A stretch of 64,000 nucleotides of DNA from Blastocystis sp. Blastoise. Lineage: Eukaryota > Protista > Bigyra: Opalinata. Shown here one piece after another: positions 1-14,170 of this stretch; position 1 is the stretch's first letter, and each line of letters begins with the position of its first letter. Below the pieces are notes generated by a model. The model was not told where the DNA came from, did no database searches, and saw nothing but the letters and a program-made list of their open reading frames with translations. Location: assembly GCA_039096225.1 (NCBI GenBank), contig JBBPEB010000027.1:558001-622000 (forward strand). Reading direction: 5' to 3'. The position numbers and the translations under genes are program-made.

Positions 1-1133
<1,133 letters not shown>

Positions 1134-1664
1134 GGTATTGTTTGAATTCAATTGTTTTTTCTGGTTTTGCTTAATATTATCATATTTACTTTTTTTAATT
1201 TGAGAATGAATAGATTCATGAGATTTTCATGGAAGGTAATGGCAATTTTATATTTTTCATGCATCAGTCAACATATATACGACCAAAGGAATATTAAAAT
1301 GAGTAAAATCAATTATGTTGTGAGAAAAATGTTGTCAATAGATTATATTTTTGATATTCGTTTTCTAAATATGTTTTTTAATACATATATGTCATCAATA
1401 ACAATATCCAAGTAATTATTCATAAGAAAATAAAAAAAATAGAAAGAAGAAAAAATAATTCATGGGAATGATCTTAACTTCCAGTGAAATATAAAAACAA
1501 AAACAAAATGTATAAAAAAATTGAAAAGTAATATGAATAAGGAACAAGTCTTATGATGACTAAACATAAATTGCAATGATTTTTTCTTTTTTCAAAAATA
1601 ATGTTATTATTTTAAAAACATCGTTTTAATCGTTATCTATTAAGTTATATTGTTTGTTAATATA

Positions 1665-4256
1665 ATGAGTACCCCGTATATAATAAATTATAATCATATT
1701 ATACAGTTAGATTCTATTAAAATATCTTTTTTTAGTCAATCTAAGAAATCTAAGAAGACTCAAACTCCTAAATCTCAAATTACTGCTAAAGTTGATCCTC
1801 TTCAATCTATTCCTGAAGATACTCCTTTTGGAAAGATTATTCGTGCAGTTGTCAGTAAAGGTTTTGATTCTGGAAAGGTCATTGAGACTTTAGATAAGTT
1901 ATGGGAAAATGGTCTTAACATTGAAGATATTGACAATGCTGTTCAAACCGTTATTGAACATTTTTCTAAGGTATATAGCTATAATTTTAATTTTTGATAA
2001 CATTTTAATTTATATAAATATTATAGAAAGTAGAAAAACCTGTTGAAAAGTCTGTTGAACAACCTAAAAAAGAGAAAGTTGTTGAACCTTCTCCTGTTCC
2101 TGAAATAAAAGAAGAAACTTCTACTCCTATTGAAACACCTAAAGAAGAAGATGTATATATTGTTATTATTAATAATTATGATGTTTTATTTTTCATATAT
2201 ATGATTTTGATTATTATTATTATTATTATGTAGTTTTTTGTTATTAATAAAGATTTAATAAATCGTTTAATGGCTGTAGCTTCTTTAAAGAATATTAGTC
2301 AAGTATTAAATGGATATAATCAATGGTATACTACTGCTTCTATTGCTGATGTATATATTTATTATTATTATTTTGTTTTTTTTTTTATTTTTTAATTTTA
2401 TTTTTATTATTATTATTTTTTTTTATTTTTAATATTATTATATATAGAAACAAGTATTTTTTAAGAGTGGTGTAATAGATAAATTATTTGATTCTTTCTT
2501 TACAAATAAGAATGAAGGAAATGTCGAACAAATGTTTACTTGTTTCTTTAAGACTTTCTATCAATTTAATGATGTATCTATTATATTTATTATTATTATT
2601 ATTATATAACTATATATATATATATAACTATAGGAAATAGCTCATACAATTAGTCGTGCATTATTATTAATAAAAGAAAATGCTAATTTATTATCTATAA
2701 GTAAAACTGAATTAGCTAATTCAATGACTACTATTATTAATCAATGTCATAAGGATATCGAAGCTAAATCAAATACAGATGAGAAAGTTAAAGAATTATT
2801 AAATATTATACAATCAAGTGTTTCTTCATTAGATTCTATTACTAATAATGATGTTGCTTCTCAATTTAAATATAGAGATCTTTCTTGTAAATTAACTAAA
2901 TCAATTTATTCTCTTCTTAATTTATATGGTACATTACAAGTCCCTGAAGATGCTTCTGTTGATTTATCCTCGCTTGTTCCTCTTCCTGAAGGTGCAGAAG
3001 AAGCTATAGCTAAAGGACCCGAAATCAAAGGTCATATTCAATCTATTGAAACAAAGCATAAAGAAACAATTGAACCATTAAATAAGCAACAAAAAGAAGA
3101 AGAAGAAAAATTATTTGCTAATCAAGAAAAAGAAAAAGCTTTATTAAAAGAATTAGAAGAAGTTCGTAAATGTATTCAACAATCAAATAATACTATTAAA
3201 CAAATTGAAGCTGATAAAGTTATTTGTGAAAATACATATAAACAAGAAATAGGCAAATTAGATTCTAGTAGTCAAGTATATTATTATTATTTAATGTTTA
3301 TTTTATTATTATATTTATTTTATTATTATGTTTATTTTATTATATTTATTTTATTATTATATTTATTTTATTATATTTATTTTATTATTATATTTATTTT
3401 ATTATTATATTTATTTTTTTATAATGTTTATTTTATTTATTATTATTATATAGTCTATCTTAAAGGTATTAAAACAAGTTGAATCTCGTGATGCTATTGT
3501 TGATAATATTAAAGTAGTATTAAATAAGATTAGTGAATCTTTTGATACTACTCAACCTGAATCTATTCAATCTCTTATCGGAGATATTAATAACTATAAA
3601 CAACAATTATGTCAATCAGCTGAAACTTATTTCAGAAAAGAAGTATATATTATATTTATTATAATTATTATTTTTTACTATTTTATTATTATTATTATAT
3701 ATTATAGTATTCTTGTATTTCCTTCTTATCTACTCGTATAAGTAACTTTGAGAAATCAATTCATTCCTTAGCTGTAAATGAGAATAAATTCAAATCTCTT
3801 GGCTTATATAAGAATAGTACTGCTATACATGATGAGATAGTACCTTTAGAAAAGAAGGTAGAAAGTAATAAGAATACACTTAAAGTATTAAAAACTATGT
3901 GTATTGATAATGAAATGAGTCTTGCTGAAATACTTAATAAAGATATTAATATAGTTAAAGAAAACTTGTATATAGATTTATTGGATAATATTATTATTAT
4001 TATCATTATTATTATTATTATTATTATCATTATTATATATATTATTATATATATTATTATTATATTTATCATTAATTTATCTTTAGAGAATCTGTGGGTA
4101 AGGTTTATTCCTATATTAAAGCTTTAACTATTGTGGATCATTTATCTGAAGAAGTCAAATCACTTATAAATAATAATATTACAGATGTCACTCCTGATAC
4201 CATTGAAGAACCCAAATCTATTATTACTAAACCTACTCAAGTAAAAGCTACTAAAG

Positions 4257-4289
<33 letters not shown>

Positions 4290-4405
4290 AATCTGCAGAT
4301 ATGTCAAAATATAATTGGGCTAATAAAACTAGTACTCCTGTTGAAGCTATTCCTTATAAAAGTATAGATGTTATTCAAAAAGAAGAATTAAATAAATCAC
4401 AATAA
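1665..4405 (+). CDS. Multi-exon hypothetical protein with N-terminal UBA-like helices, a coiled coil and a C-terminal W...KSIDVIQKEEL motif
   Basis: ATG at 1665. ORF pieces 1650-1997, 2724-3482, 3897-4127 and 4094-4405 are linked by GTATA..AG introns. IIRAVVSKGFDSGKVIETL resembles a UBA fold. Confidence 0.6.
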
Positions 4406-5272
4406 TTCAATTATTTTGATTCTAAAAAATATATATAATAATAGGTGTATTATTTAGTTATTATATTTTGCTATAAAGTTCTGTAAATTATTCAATACTC
4501 TTTGCATTATTTTTATTTTGTTATTATTCCATTTAATAAAACAAATTCATGTACTAGTTTTAATTGATGATTACTTTTATTATGTGCCATTTTTTATAGT
4601 ATTTAATAGAATGAGGAATCTATTATTCTATTCCATGTTTATATATCTGAATGTAAATTTATAATAAATTTACTATCAAGTCACATACATCAAGAATAAC
4701 ATATTTTTCAATAGAATGAATCAATTCACTGATTAACACTTTATTTTTAATACATTTTACTGAACTGTTGGACTTTCTATACTAAAACATAATACTTTTT
4801 AATGCTATAATCAAGACTAATCCTATATATGAATATTCTTATTAAACTGACTTCCAGTGACACTAATTATAGAATTAGCTTTTATACTCCTAAAAACTTA
4901 TTTGAAAGAGACTCAATTCTTATATATCTCATATGTGTCCTATGATATACAATAAATCATACATAGAAATAAAAATTTAAAAGTGTTTAATGATAAAAAA
5001 CATTCTTTTGTAAGCATATCTTTTCTTCTTCATATTCGAGTTGCCAAAAAAAAAAATCTAGAGTTCTCGCCTGACCTGTAGCATATGATAGAGTCATAAA
5101 TACCTTGTTTATTATGAATGACAGATCGATCACTATACATTTCTTGTCGAAATAGCAAAAAAGATTCGGTGAAACGAAGAATTTGGTAACACAGATTTTT
5201 CTTTTGTTCTTTGTTAGATTTCATTTTTTTGCATAAATATTTTATTGATATAGTTATTGAGATCAATTAGAA

Positions 5273-5599
5273 ATGAGTTCTTGTGGTTGTTCTGAAAAGA
5301 AAGAAGGTGTTTGCCAATGTGGTTCTAAATGTGATTGTAAACAAGAATGTCACTGTAGACATTGTTGCTGCAAGGAACCTTGTGAATGCGCTGAATGTAG
5401 CTGTCATAATGACTGTAAATGTGAAGGTCATCATTGTTGCTGTGAAAAATGCAAAGATGATTGTAAGTGTGAAAAACCTTGTCCTTGTATTTATGGATGC
5501 TGTAAAGACAAAGAATGCTGTGAAGATAAGAAATGCTGTGAAGATAAGAAATGCTGTGAAGAAAAAGAATGCTGCAAAGATAAGAAATGTGAATGTTAA
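5273..5599 (+). CDS. Metallothionein (108 aa, 37 Cys)
   Basis: CxC, CC and CCC clusters, Lys/Glu-rich, a single aromatic residue, intronless. The C-terminus is built from 18-nt repeats encoding CCEDKK. Confidence 0.85.
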   Translation: MSSCGCSEKKEGVCQCGSKCDCKQECHCRHCCCKEPCECAECSCHNDCKCEGHHCCCEKCKDDCKCEKPCPCIYGCCKDKECCEDKKCCEDKKCCEEKECCKDKKCEC

Positions 5600-6235
5600 A
5601 TAGATATCAAATTTTGAACATTATCCACATTTATAAATCTTTTATTGTTTAAATTCATTTATTTATTTTTTACTTTGTTTATTAACTTGTGCTAGCATTT
5701 CTATATAAAAAAGTGTTTTGTTAATTCGAAGTTATTCACACAAATCACAATTCTATGTTTTTTTAATCTATTAAATAGAATCTCTATAATCTCTCTATAA
5801 TTATCAGCATGGAGGATATAAGAATACGATAAAATTCCTATAAAATAAAAACATTCCTAAATATATCAACAAAGTGGAACTGTAAGTAATATAATAAGGT
5901 CATACTTATCATTGCTATATAGTCTAGATATACCACCTTGTTAATTATAATGATCAATGCTGATAATGGAACATATAAAAATAAATTGATATCATTTAAA
6001 TTAATAAGTATTGATTCAGTTCAATCCATTTAGTGTTTCTAGCTAACGCTCTGCTTTTTATACGTGTTTATATACATAAAAAGAAACAAAAGAAAACAAA
6101 GAATACCATTCTTAAATAAAAAATGTAATTCTCTGAAAAATAAGATTTTTTTATGATTATTTTTTGAAATGGTAGTTCTCCATTTTAGGTTTCCATTTCT
6201 TTGTTATTATCATTTCACTCTCTGAAAGCTTGTTT

Positions 6236-6895
6236 ATGGATACGAAGTTTATTTCTACAAATCAATCATCTGCCTCTGATGATGAATTTGATGATGATAC
6301 TCCTCATAGTCTTGAAATTCTAAGTGATACCGAGAAGCTTGAGAAGTTGGCAGAAGCTTACAAAACTATTCTTGAGGTTATTGGAGAAGACCCAGAAAGA
6401 GAGGGTTTATTGAAAACTCCTATGAGAGCTGCAAAATCAATTTTATTCTGTACTCAAGGCTATACTCAAAATTTAGATACTGTATTAAACAAAGCTATAT
6501 TTCAACAAGAACATAGTGAGATGATTATTGTCAAAGATATTACATTTTATTCTACATGTGAACATCATTTACTTCCTTTTTTTGGTAAAGCTCATATTGG
6601 ATATATACCAAATCATAAAGTTGTTGGTCTCTCCAAATTAGCTCGTATTACAGAAATGTTCTCTAGAAAATTACAAGTAATATTTTTTTTAAATATAACA
6701 TTTATTAGATTTATTAGATTTATTAGATTTATTAGAATATATTTATAATAATGTTTCTATATAGATTCAAGAAAGATTAACAGAAGAGATTGCTGATGCA
6801 ATTATGCAAGCAGTTGACGCCAAAGGTGTAGCTGTAGTATTAGAAGCAGAGTATATATAGTATTATTATATATTATTATTATATTATTATTATTA

Positions 6896-6976
<81 letters not shown>

Positions 6977-7205
6977 GACATATGTGCATGAGTGTTCGAG
7001 GGGTTCAAAAGATTGGTATATATATATATATTATTATTATTATTATATTTATTCCTATCATAATGTTTTCATAAAAAATCAATTATTATTAATCTATATA
7101 TATTTTTTTATTATAGGTTGTAAAACAATAACATCTTGTTTATTGGGTGAACTAAAAGAAAATGAAAAATTAAAAAATGAATTCTATCATAAATTATCTA
7201 TGTAA
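6236..7205 (+). CDS. GCH1: GTP cyclohydrolase I
   Basis: Motifs [33 protein letters not shown] and HMCMSVRG over 4 exons; TAA at 7203-7205. Confidence 0.95.
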
Positions 7206-7876
7206 TATTATTATTCGTAATATCATTTCTTTACTATAGATTTATATATATATAATCTTGATTCTGATAAACCATAAACTATATTTAATAATAATTTTTA
7301 TATTTTTGTTTTGCTTATATATATAGTATAACATTTATTTTATAATATATTTTTATGTAGTATTTTATTTTTCTTAATTTCATTTCATTGTTGCATTTTA
7401 TGTATATATATATTAATAAATATAATATATTGATTCATTCTATTTGTTCTATTTTTTTATATAAATTCTATATTCAAATATATATATGTATATATCACAT
7501 TATATTTTTATATACTATTCTTTTTTTTGCGTTTCTTTTTATTTGGGTATGTTTTTTTCTTCTTTATTTTCTCGAATCTTGAATTTTTTTTTTAAATCAT
7601 AATTTCATATTTCCTTTTTTATATATAATAAATATTAATATATATTGTTTTATTGTATAATAAAAGTAATATGAAACTAGTTTTTGATTATTGTTTAGTT
7701 GAAATAGTTATTTTCATTGATTATATTTATTTTGATTAATTTCATTTATTTTGATTAATTTTATTTATTTTCGTTGATTATATATTATATATATTATATA
7801 TATTGAATAAATTCAAACAATAGAAAGGTATTAAAAACAATTTCAAACAGTTGCATTGGAATGCAAAAAAGAAAAG

Positions 7877-8065
7877 AAAATAGAAAAAGTATTATATAAT
7901 ATTTAAAAATGCTTTGTTTTTAAAATAGAAAAAGTATTATATAATAGTAAAAAAAATTATGTTTTTAAAATAGAAAAAGTATTATATAATATTTTAAAAA
8001 ATTATGTTTTTAAAATAGAAAAATATAATATAATATTTAAAAAGTTTTGTTTTTAAAATAGAAAA
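7877..8065. repeat. Intergenic ~45-bp tandem repeat, about 4 copies
   Basis: Repeated unit TAAAATAGAAAAAGTATTATATAATA...TGTTTT. Confidence 0.8.
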
Positions 8066-8202
8066 TAAGTATCGATTGTAAATCAAGAAAAAGATAATTA
8101 AACCCATATATATATATATATATCTTATATACTTATATATATATACTCAATAATACTAAGAATATATTGAAAAAATAATAAAAAATAAATATATAAAGAA
8201 TT

Positions 8203-8344
8203 GGCGTAATTCACACTCAGCATAGTAGAAGGTGTTTTCTTTAGAGTATGCATAGTAGACCAGGCCAATAGGCGGGTAGCCTATTGGCCATACTATGCTG
8301 AGCATGAATTTTTTCGTCATACTATGCTGAGCATAAATTATCCC
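8203..8344. mobile_element. 142-bp MITE, Mutator-like
   Basis: Imperfect 25-bp TIRs (GGCGTAATTCACACTCAGCATAGTA versus rc GGGATAATTTATGCTCAGCATAGTA). Flanks TAAAGAATT (8194-8202) and TAAAGAACT (8345-8353). Internal palindrome at 8263-8289. GC-rich relative to its surroundings. Confidence 0.75.
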
Positions 8345-8396
8345 TAAAGAACTAGAATTAAAAAATGATTATAACTATATATAAATATTATTATAT

Positions 8397-10928
8397 TTAA
8401 GATAAAGAGAATGATTGGTTAATTCGTTGTAAACACGAATAAGAAGAACGTTTTATATAGGATTGACATAAGTTTTTACAATTATTATTTATATATACAT
8501 TAAAAAATGGATATGAAAATTCAATACATTTTTGTATATTTGTTGGGAGATTTTTTAAATTTGGTTTTGGACAATTTTCATCAATTTGAATTGAATCTGG
8601 TTTATTAGGAACTGAAAATGTGAAGAATTGATATTCAGATGTAGCTGATTTATTCTTATTATTATTTTTATTTTGTATATTTTGAAAGAATACACTAGGA
8701 GATATAGATATAAAATAAGAAAGAGGAATATTATTTTGTTTAATCATATCAACTAATAAAGATATTGTACATGTATTATTTTGTTCTATCGCTAAATCTA
8801 ATATATCATTATAATTTCTCCAAGGTATTGAAATACCTTTAGAATTCATAGTATTTAATATAGAATATGAAATATCTAAATATTTCTTTGAACAATAAAA
8901 AGATAATAAATAACTATAAGCATTATTTGTTAATGTATAATTATTATTCTTAAATAAATCAAGATAAGTTGAAGTTGTTTTCGATTCTAAAGAGAATTGA
9001 TATAATAATGCATATATAGATAAATCTATAGGAATATTCTTCTCTATAACTTCTTCAATAAGTTTTTTCGTTTGTATTTCATCCTTATATATATAGGATG
9101 CATATATATATGTAGAATAATCACAGGGTTTTAAAGATATTTTTTTCTTTTTCATTAATTGATATATACTATCTGCTTTTTCTAATTTTCCATAAATAGC
9201 AAAAAATCTTAATAATAATTGATAAGATTCATCAGAAATATTCAGTTTTTTATTTTCAATTTGTGTATATAAAGATTCTAAATACAAAATATCACCCGTT
9301 TTTCCAATACATTGAATATAAGATTGAATCAGTTCGGGATGAAATTGAGTGAATTGTGTAGAGAATGGATATAATGAAAAAACATAATAAGAACAATAAA
9401 TTTGATTTGCGTCTGAACATTTATTCAGTATATTTAAGCTAGTATCAGGAGATAGTTGAATATTTTTTTGTTTTAAGTATTGTAATATAGTTATTAATTG
9501 ATCCCAATTTTTTGTTTCTGTTAATGATAAAGATAAACAATCGAACATATTGATAGACCAATAATTTATGCTTTCCTTTGCTTCTTTATAAGAAGATAAT
9601 ATTTGTTTATGATTATTTGTAAGAAGACAATTCCATAAATAGATTTCATATAATTTGCAATAAGAAGATAAGCAATCATAATCATTTCCTGTAGGAGAAA
9701 CAACAGAAGAAGCAGGAATACTATTTTGAATATAATTCCCTTGTTTATAAATAGAAGAAGAAGAGGAAGAAATAGATTTTTTCCAATATTTAGGAATAAG
9801 AAATGAAAAGAATGAATGATTATTAGAGATCGTTTTCTTTTGAAATAGAGAAGAAGAAGAAGAAGTAGAATTTCTCAGTGATTTCGGTTCTAGGATGTTC
9901 TTTAAGGAAAGTGAAGAATCATCATATAAGTGTATATTTGTATTAATAGGAACTGACGTATCTAATATAGATATTGAATCTCCACTCATTTCAGAAAATT
10001 TATTATTATTATTGTTATTATTATTATTGTTATTGTTATTGTTATTGTTATTGTTATTATTATTCATATTATTATTCATATTATTATTAACATTATTATT
10101 CATATTATTATTATTCATATTATTCATATTATTATTATTCATATTATTCACATCAGAAGAAGACAATAAATAATTACTATTAGAAGATAAAAATAATGAT
10201 GAGTTTTCTTTTCTTCGTTGTAATAAGAATAATTCATTAAATGTATTTGGAAGAAAGAAATCATTAAAGAATAAATTAACTTCATCATATTCATTATTTG
10301 ATAATTGTATATATAATTGTGCTAAAGTAAAAGAAGAGGATAAAGAAGAAGACATATTTGTTATTTGTAATTTATAACGTTTTAATAAACTTTCAGCAAT
10401 TTCACAATCATCTAAACATATTAATACATAAGCAATAGGTTCAATATAATTCTTTTGTTTTTCAAAAGGAAGATTTTCAATATAACGAATAAAATCGTAA
10501 AGTTGAAACAATTGTTGAGTTTGTAAGAAATACATCATTAAATTAGAGAAATTTCGATATTGATATTTTGAATCCATTGTAATCATGGTTTTCAAATCAT
10601 TCAAAGCCTCTTCTACATGACCATCACTTAACGATTGCTGAAAAGATTCATTAATTTCTTCTTCTTTTTCACTCAGTGCAGTATCTATACCATCTTTGAA
10701 AAATATTTTCTTTAGAACGTAAGATATAGTTGAGAAGCTTCGTTTCGAATCAGAAGAATAATGAGATTTTAATAGGTGAATCTGCTTGTTCTCATATATA
10801 TTTTTAGTACATATTGTAATACATCGAAGATATTGATATGGATGATTTGGAAAATGATGAGAACAATTCCGAAGAACTGAATACGAAAAATAAAATGTAG
10901 AATTTTTCAATAAGTTCATCATAACCAA
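8397..10928 (-). CDS. Pentatricopeptide-repeat (PPR)-like protein, probably mitochondrion/MRO-targeted
   Basis: 843-aa ORF with a basic/Ser-rich N-terminus. C-terminal ~35-aa helical repeats such as SYQLLLRFFAIYGKLEKADSIYQLMKKKKI and AYSYLLSFYCSKKYLDISYSILNTMNSKGI. Confidence 0.8.
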   Translation of the reverse strand: MVMMNLLKNSTFYFSYSVLRNCSHHFPNHPYQYLRCITICTKNIYENKQIHLLKSHYSSDSKRSFSTISYVLKKIFFKDGIDTALSEKEEEINESFQQSLSDGHVEEALNDLKTMITMDSKYQYRNFSNLMMYFLQTQQLFQLYDFIRYIENLPFEKQKNYIEPIAYVLICLDDCEIAESLLKRYKLQITNMSSSLSSSFTLAQLYIQLSNNEYDEVNLFFNDFFLPNTFNELFLLQRRKENSSLFLSSNSNYLLSSSDVNNMNNNNMNNMNNNNMNNNVNNNMNNNMNNNNNNNNNNNNNNNNNNNNNKFSEMSGDSISILDTSVPINTNIHLYDDSSLSLKNILEPKSLRNSTSSSSSLFQKKTISNNHSFFSFLIPKYWKKSISSSSSSIYKQGNYIQNSIPASSVVSPTGNDYDCLSSYCKLYEIYLWNCLLTNNHKQILSSYKEAKESINYWSINMFDCLSLSLTETKNWDQLITILQYLKQKNIQLSPDTSLNILNKCSDANQIYCSYYVFSLYPFSTQFTQFHPELIQSYIQCIGKTGDILYLESLYTQIENKKLNISDESYQLLLRFFAIYGKLEKADSIYQLMKKKKISLKPCDYSTYIYASYIYKDEIQTKKLIEEVIEKNIPIDLSIYALLYQFSLESKTTSTYLDLFKNNNYTLTNNAYSYLLSFYCSKKYLDISYSILNTMNSKGISIPWRNYNDILDLAIEQNNTCTISLLVDMIKQNNIPLSYFISISPSVFFQNIQNKNNNKNKSATSEYQFFTFSVPNKPDSIQIDENCPKPNLKNLPTNIQKCIEFSYPFFNVYINNNCKNLCQSYIKRSSYSCLQRINQSFSLS

Positions 10929-11336
10929 AACATTCTATATTCTTATAATAATTGAACAATAAGAAAGAAAAAATGGAAAATTCTTTTTTATTTTATTTTT
11001 TTAATAATTTTTTATTATTTTAATGAGAAATATATTAGGATTGTTAACAAGTATATTTAAAAAAAATTTGTTTGTTATCCATTAATAAGTAAATATATGT
11101 AAAAGTTGTTTACCTGGTAAATTACTAGTGCTTTGAAGAAATGGGCATCAGAATGGTATTATAAAAACTAAAGAATCGTTTGAATATGTTTATAAATTTA
11201 CGTTGATTTATTTTCATAAAGGATAAACCAAAATAAAAACAAAAAAAAAATAAGAAATAGTTAATAGAATTGATTTGTATTCAATCAATCAATTACATAA
11301 GAACTACAAAAGCTATAAGAAGTAAAAGAATTATAT

Positions 11337-11634
11337 TTATAAATCAAGATGAGGGAAATAACAAGCACCAGCACAAGGTTTAGAGGCAAAGAGACCTTGT
11401 TTGATTTGTTCTTCATTGAAACCGTGAGGAATATAATAACCATCACGAAGAGCAGCAATAAATTTATCAACTTCAGCTTCTTTAACAAGATGAACAGCAC
11501 AACCACCCCAACCAGCACCAGTTAATCTAGAACCAATAGCACCATTAGCCATAGCAAGACTAACTAATTCATTAAGATCATCACAACTACAATCATAATC
11601 ACCAGCACAACTCTATATATAGATAGTTAAATTA

Positions 11635-11665
<31 letters not shown>

Positions 11666-13346
11666 AATATAAAAATAAATATAAATAAAAATAAAAAAAA
11701 TAAAAAAATAAAAATAAAATAAAAAATATAACTATACCTTATGAGAAGCACACATTAATTCACCTAATTTTTCTAATTTATTTTCTGTATTGCTTTCACA
11801 AAGATTTCTGAATTCCCAGACTCTAGCGGCTTCAGAATAGACATGTAAAGCTCTCTTTAAACAGTAGAATTCATTGTTCACTTCTAAAACTTTAGCAGCA
11901 GCAGGTCTATCAGCAAATAAGACTTCTTGCTTAAGAGGAACTTCAAGGATCTTTTCAATTTCTTCAGTAGTATATACACCTTCATGTAAATACTTCTTTA
12001 AGATTTCTTGCATTTCAGTAAATGATTTATTACCACAAGCTTGTTGTAATTGTAATAAAGTAGTCATCTTAAGACAATCAGGTAAATTCATAGCTTTAGC
12101 CACAATCATAAGTGCTAATCTACCTTCTACAACACGAAGATTATATCCTTTAGCAGCAGTAACAGCTTTAGGAGCTTGATAGAACGAGTTACTGATAACA
12201 AATACACCTCCTTCAGGTAATTGAACGGAATGAGTACGAAGGGGATTAAACTCAATATGACGAGCTTGACCACGTACACCTAAGCAAGATATAGCTTGAT
12301 CCATACCACCACCCATAGTACCAATATATAATCTATATATAGAGTATTATTAGTAGTCTATTATAGTAATAATAACATATATAATAATAATAATAATAAT
12401 ATATATATACTCACATAATCTACATTGTTCAGCAAGACCACTTCTAGTATAAGTAATGCCATTAGCTGTAGAAGTAGCAAGACAAGAAGCAACCTAAAGA
12501 AAATTCACATATATAAATTATAAAATATTATAATAAATAAATAAAAATGAATTCTATTTTTAGGATATACTCATATATATATATATATATATATATACAA
12601 CAAAAGCAGAAGAACTAGATAAACCAGCAGCAGAAGGAACAGTACCCGAAATAGCAATCTTAAGAAGCTTAGGAGTCTTATCCTTTAACTATATAATATA
12701 TATAATAATAAGTATAATAAATATAATAAATATAATATAATATAATATAATATAATATCAAAATATAATAAATATAATATAATAAACAAATAAATATAAT
12801 ATAATAAACAAATAAATATAATATAATAAACACAATAAACAAACAATTCAATATATACTTCACCAGCACCATCGAAAGCACCTTTATAACCACATTGGAA
12901 ATAAAGAGCCCAAGAATGAGATTTACTGACGGGAGCCTTAGGATCTACAGGAATGAGAGAGTCAGCATAAAGTTCTTTTTGCTATAATAATATATATAAA
13001 TTAAACAATTTCTTTAGAAAACTATAAATATATATTAAGATAAACAACATACAACATTGACAACGCTAAATTCAGTCTTATTTTCAGTGTTATCTACGGC
13101 ACTTACAGCCATAACTACATCATTAGCAATAGCCATAGGTAAAACGGAATATCCATGATAATCGATATGTTCACCAATGAGATTGACTCTACCAGGAGCA
13201 CGTACATAGAAATCAGGTTCACAACCATAAGCTTCGACAAATCTATTCTTTAATTGTTGATATCTAGTCTTAGTAGCTTCTAAGAATTCAGGTTCATAGA
13301 CTTTATCTAAAGTATCGAATTTAGGTACAGCGTCTTCACAGGACAT
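11337..13346 (-). CDS. Galactokinase / N-acetylgalactosamine kinase (GHMP family, eukaryotic GAL1/GALK2 type)
   Basis: Motifs APGRVNLIGEHIDY, GTVPSAAGLSSS, GGGMDQA and GSRLTGAGWGGC across 6 exons. Confidence 0.93.
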
Positions 13347-14170
13347 ATTTAATACAGATCTTATATAAAAAATCAAACAAACTTTACAAATAACGTAATA
13401 AATCTAAAATAGAAGCAGAAACAAAAAGCATCTGTCTAGTGATTCACAGAATCTCTTCTTATACAATAAACAAAAATCACTGTACAGACAGGATGACACT
13501 TTTCATTATCAAATCAATTTCCTTTGTGTTTCTTTCAATTTTGATATTTTTCCTTTCTTTCTTTTTATTGGCTTCTACGATGGTTTTTGAGCCATTCTTT
13601 TACAAAAAAAACATCATACTACTTTAAACGTCTTTCTATTGGACAATGACTGATTTGACTCAATAATATAAAAGTTTTCATCAGTGTTTTCTATTTCTTG
13701 AATACTGTGTTTCTTCTTCATTTATATTCAAGCTCATCATATCAAGAAGTTGTATCATCATGCTCTCAGTGCAGAAGATTCCAGTGCAAAGAGAAGATAG
13801 TTTAAAGAGGTAACTCTGTTTTGATGTCATTGTCCAAAATTTTCTTTCTAGATTGATTCACTCACATTCTATTCATGAAAAACAAAAGATCCGGAAACAT
13901 ATATTGTCTATATGTCGTGTAATTGCTCCAAATCAACTGTTGTATTCAATTCTGTTGATCATCATTATCAAATAGAACAACTATATTGATGCATATGCAA
14001 TAGAGTAAGTTCAAAATCTGTTACCGATTGAACTGAATATTTAATATTCTAGTTATTCAAGCAAGTAAACAGAAAAATTAAAAGTAACTCGACAAGAAGA
14101 GTTTTTAATAGATTGTAAAGGACATTTTACTTTTAATTTTTATTTTTTATTGAAATTAAATATTATAAAA

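Noticed and set aside
5283-5603. Val/Asn-rich 106-aa ORF
   Set aside because: It is a shifted frame of the metallothionein repeats.
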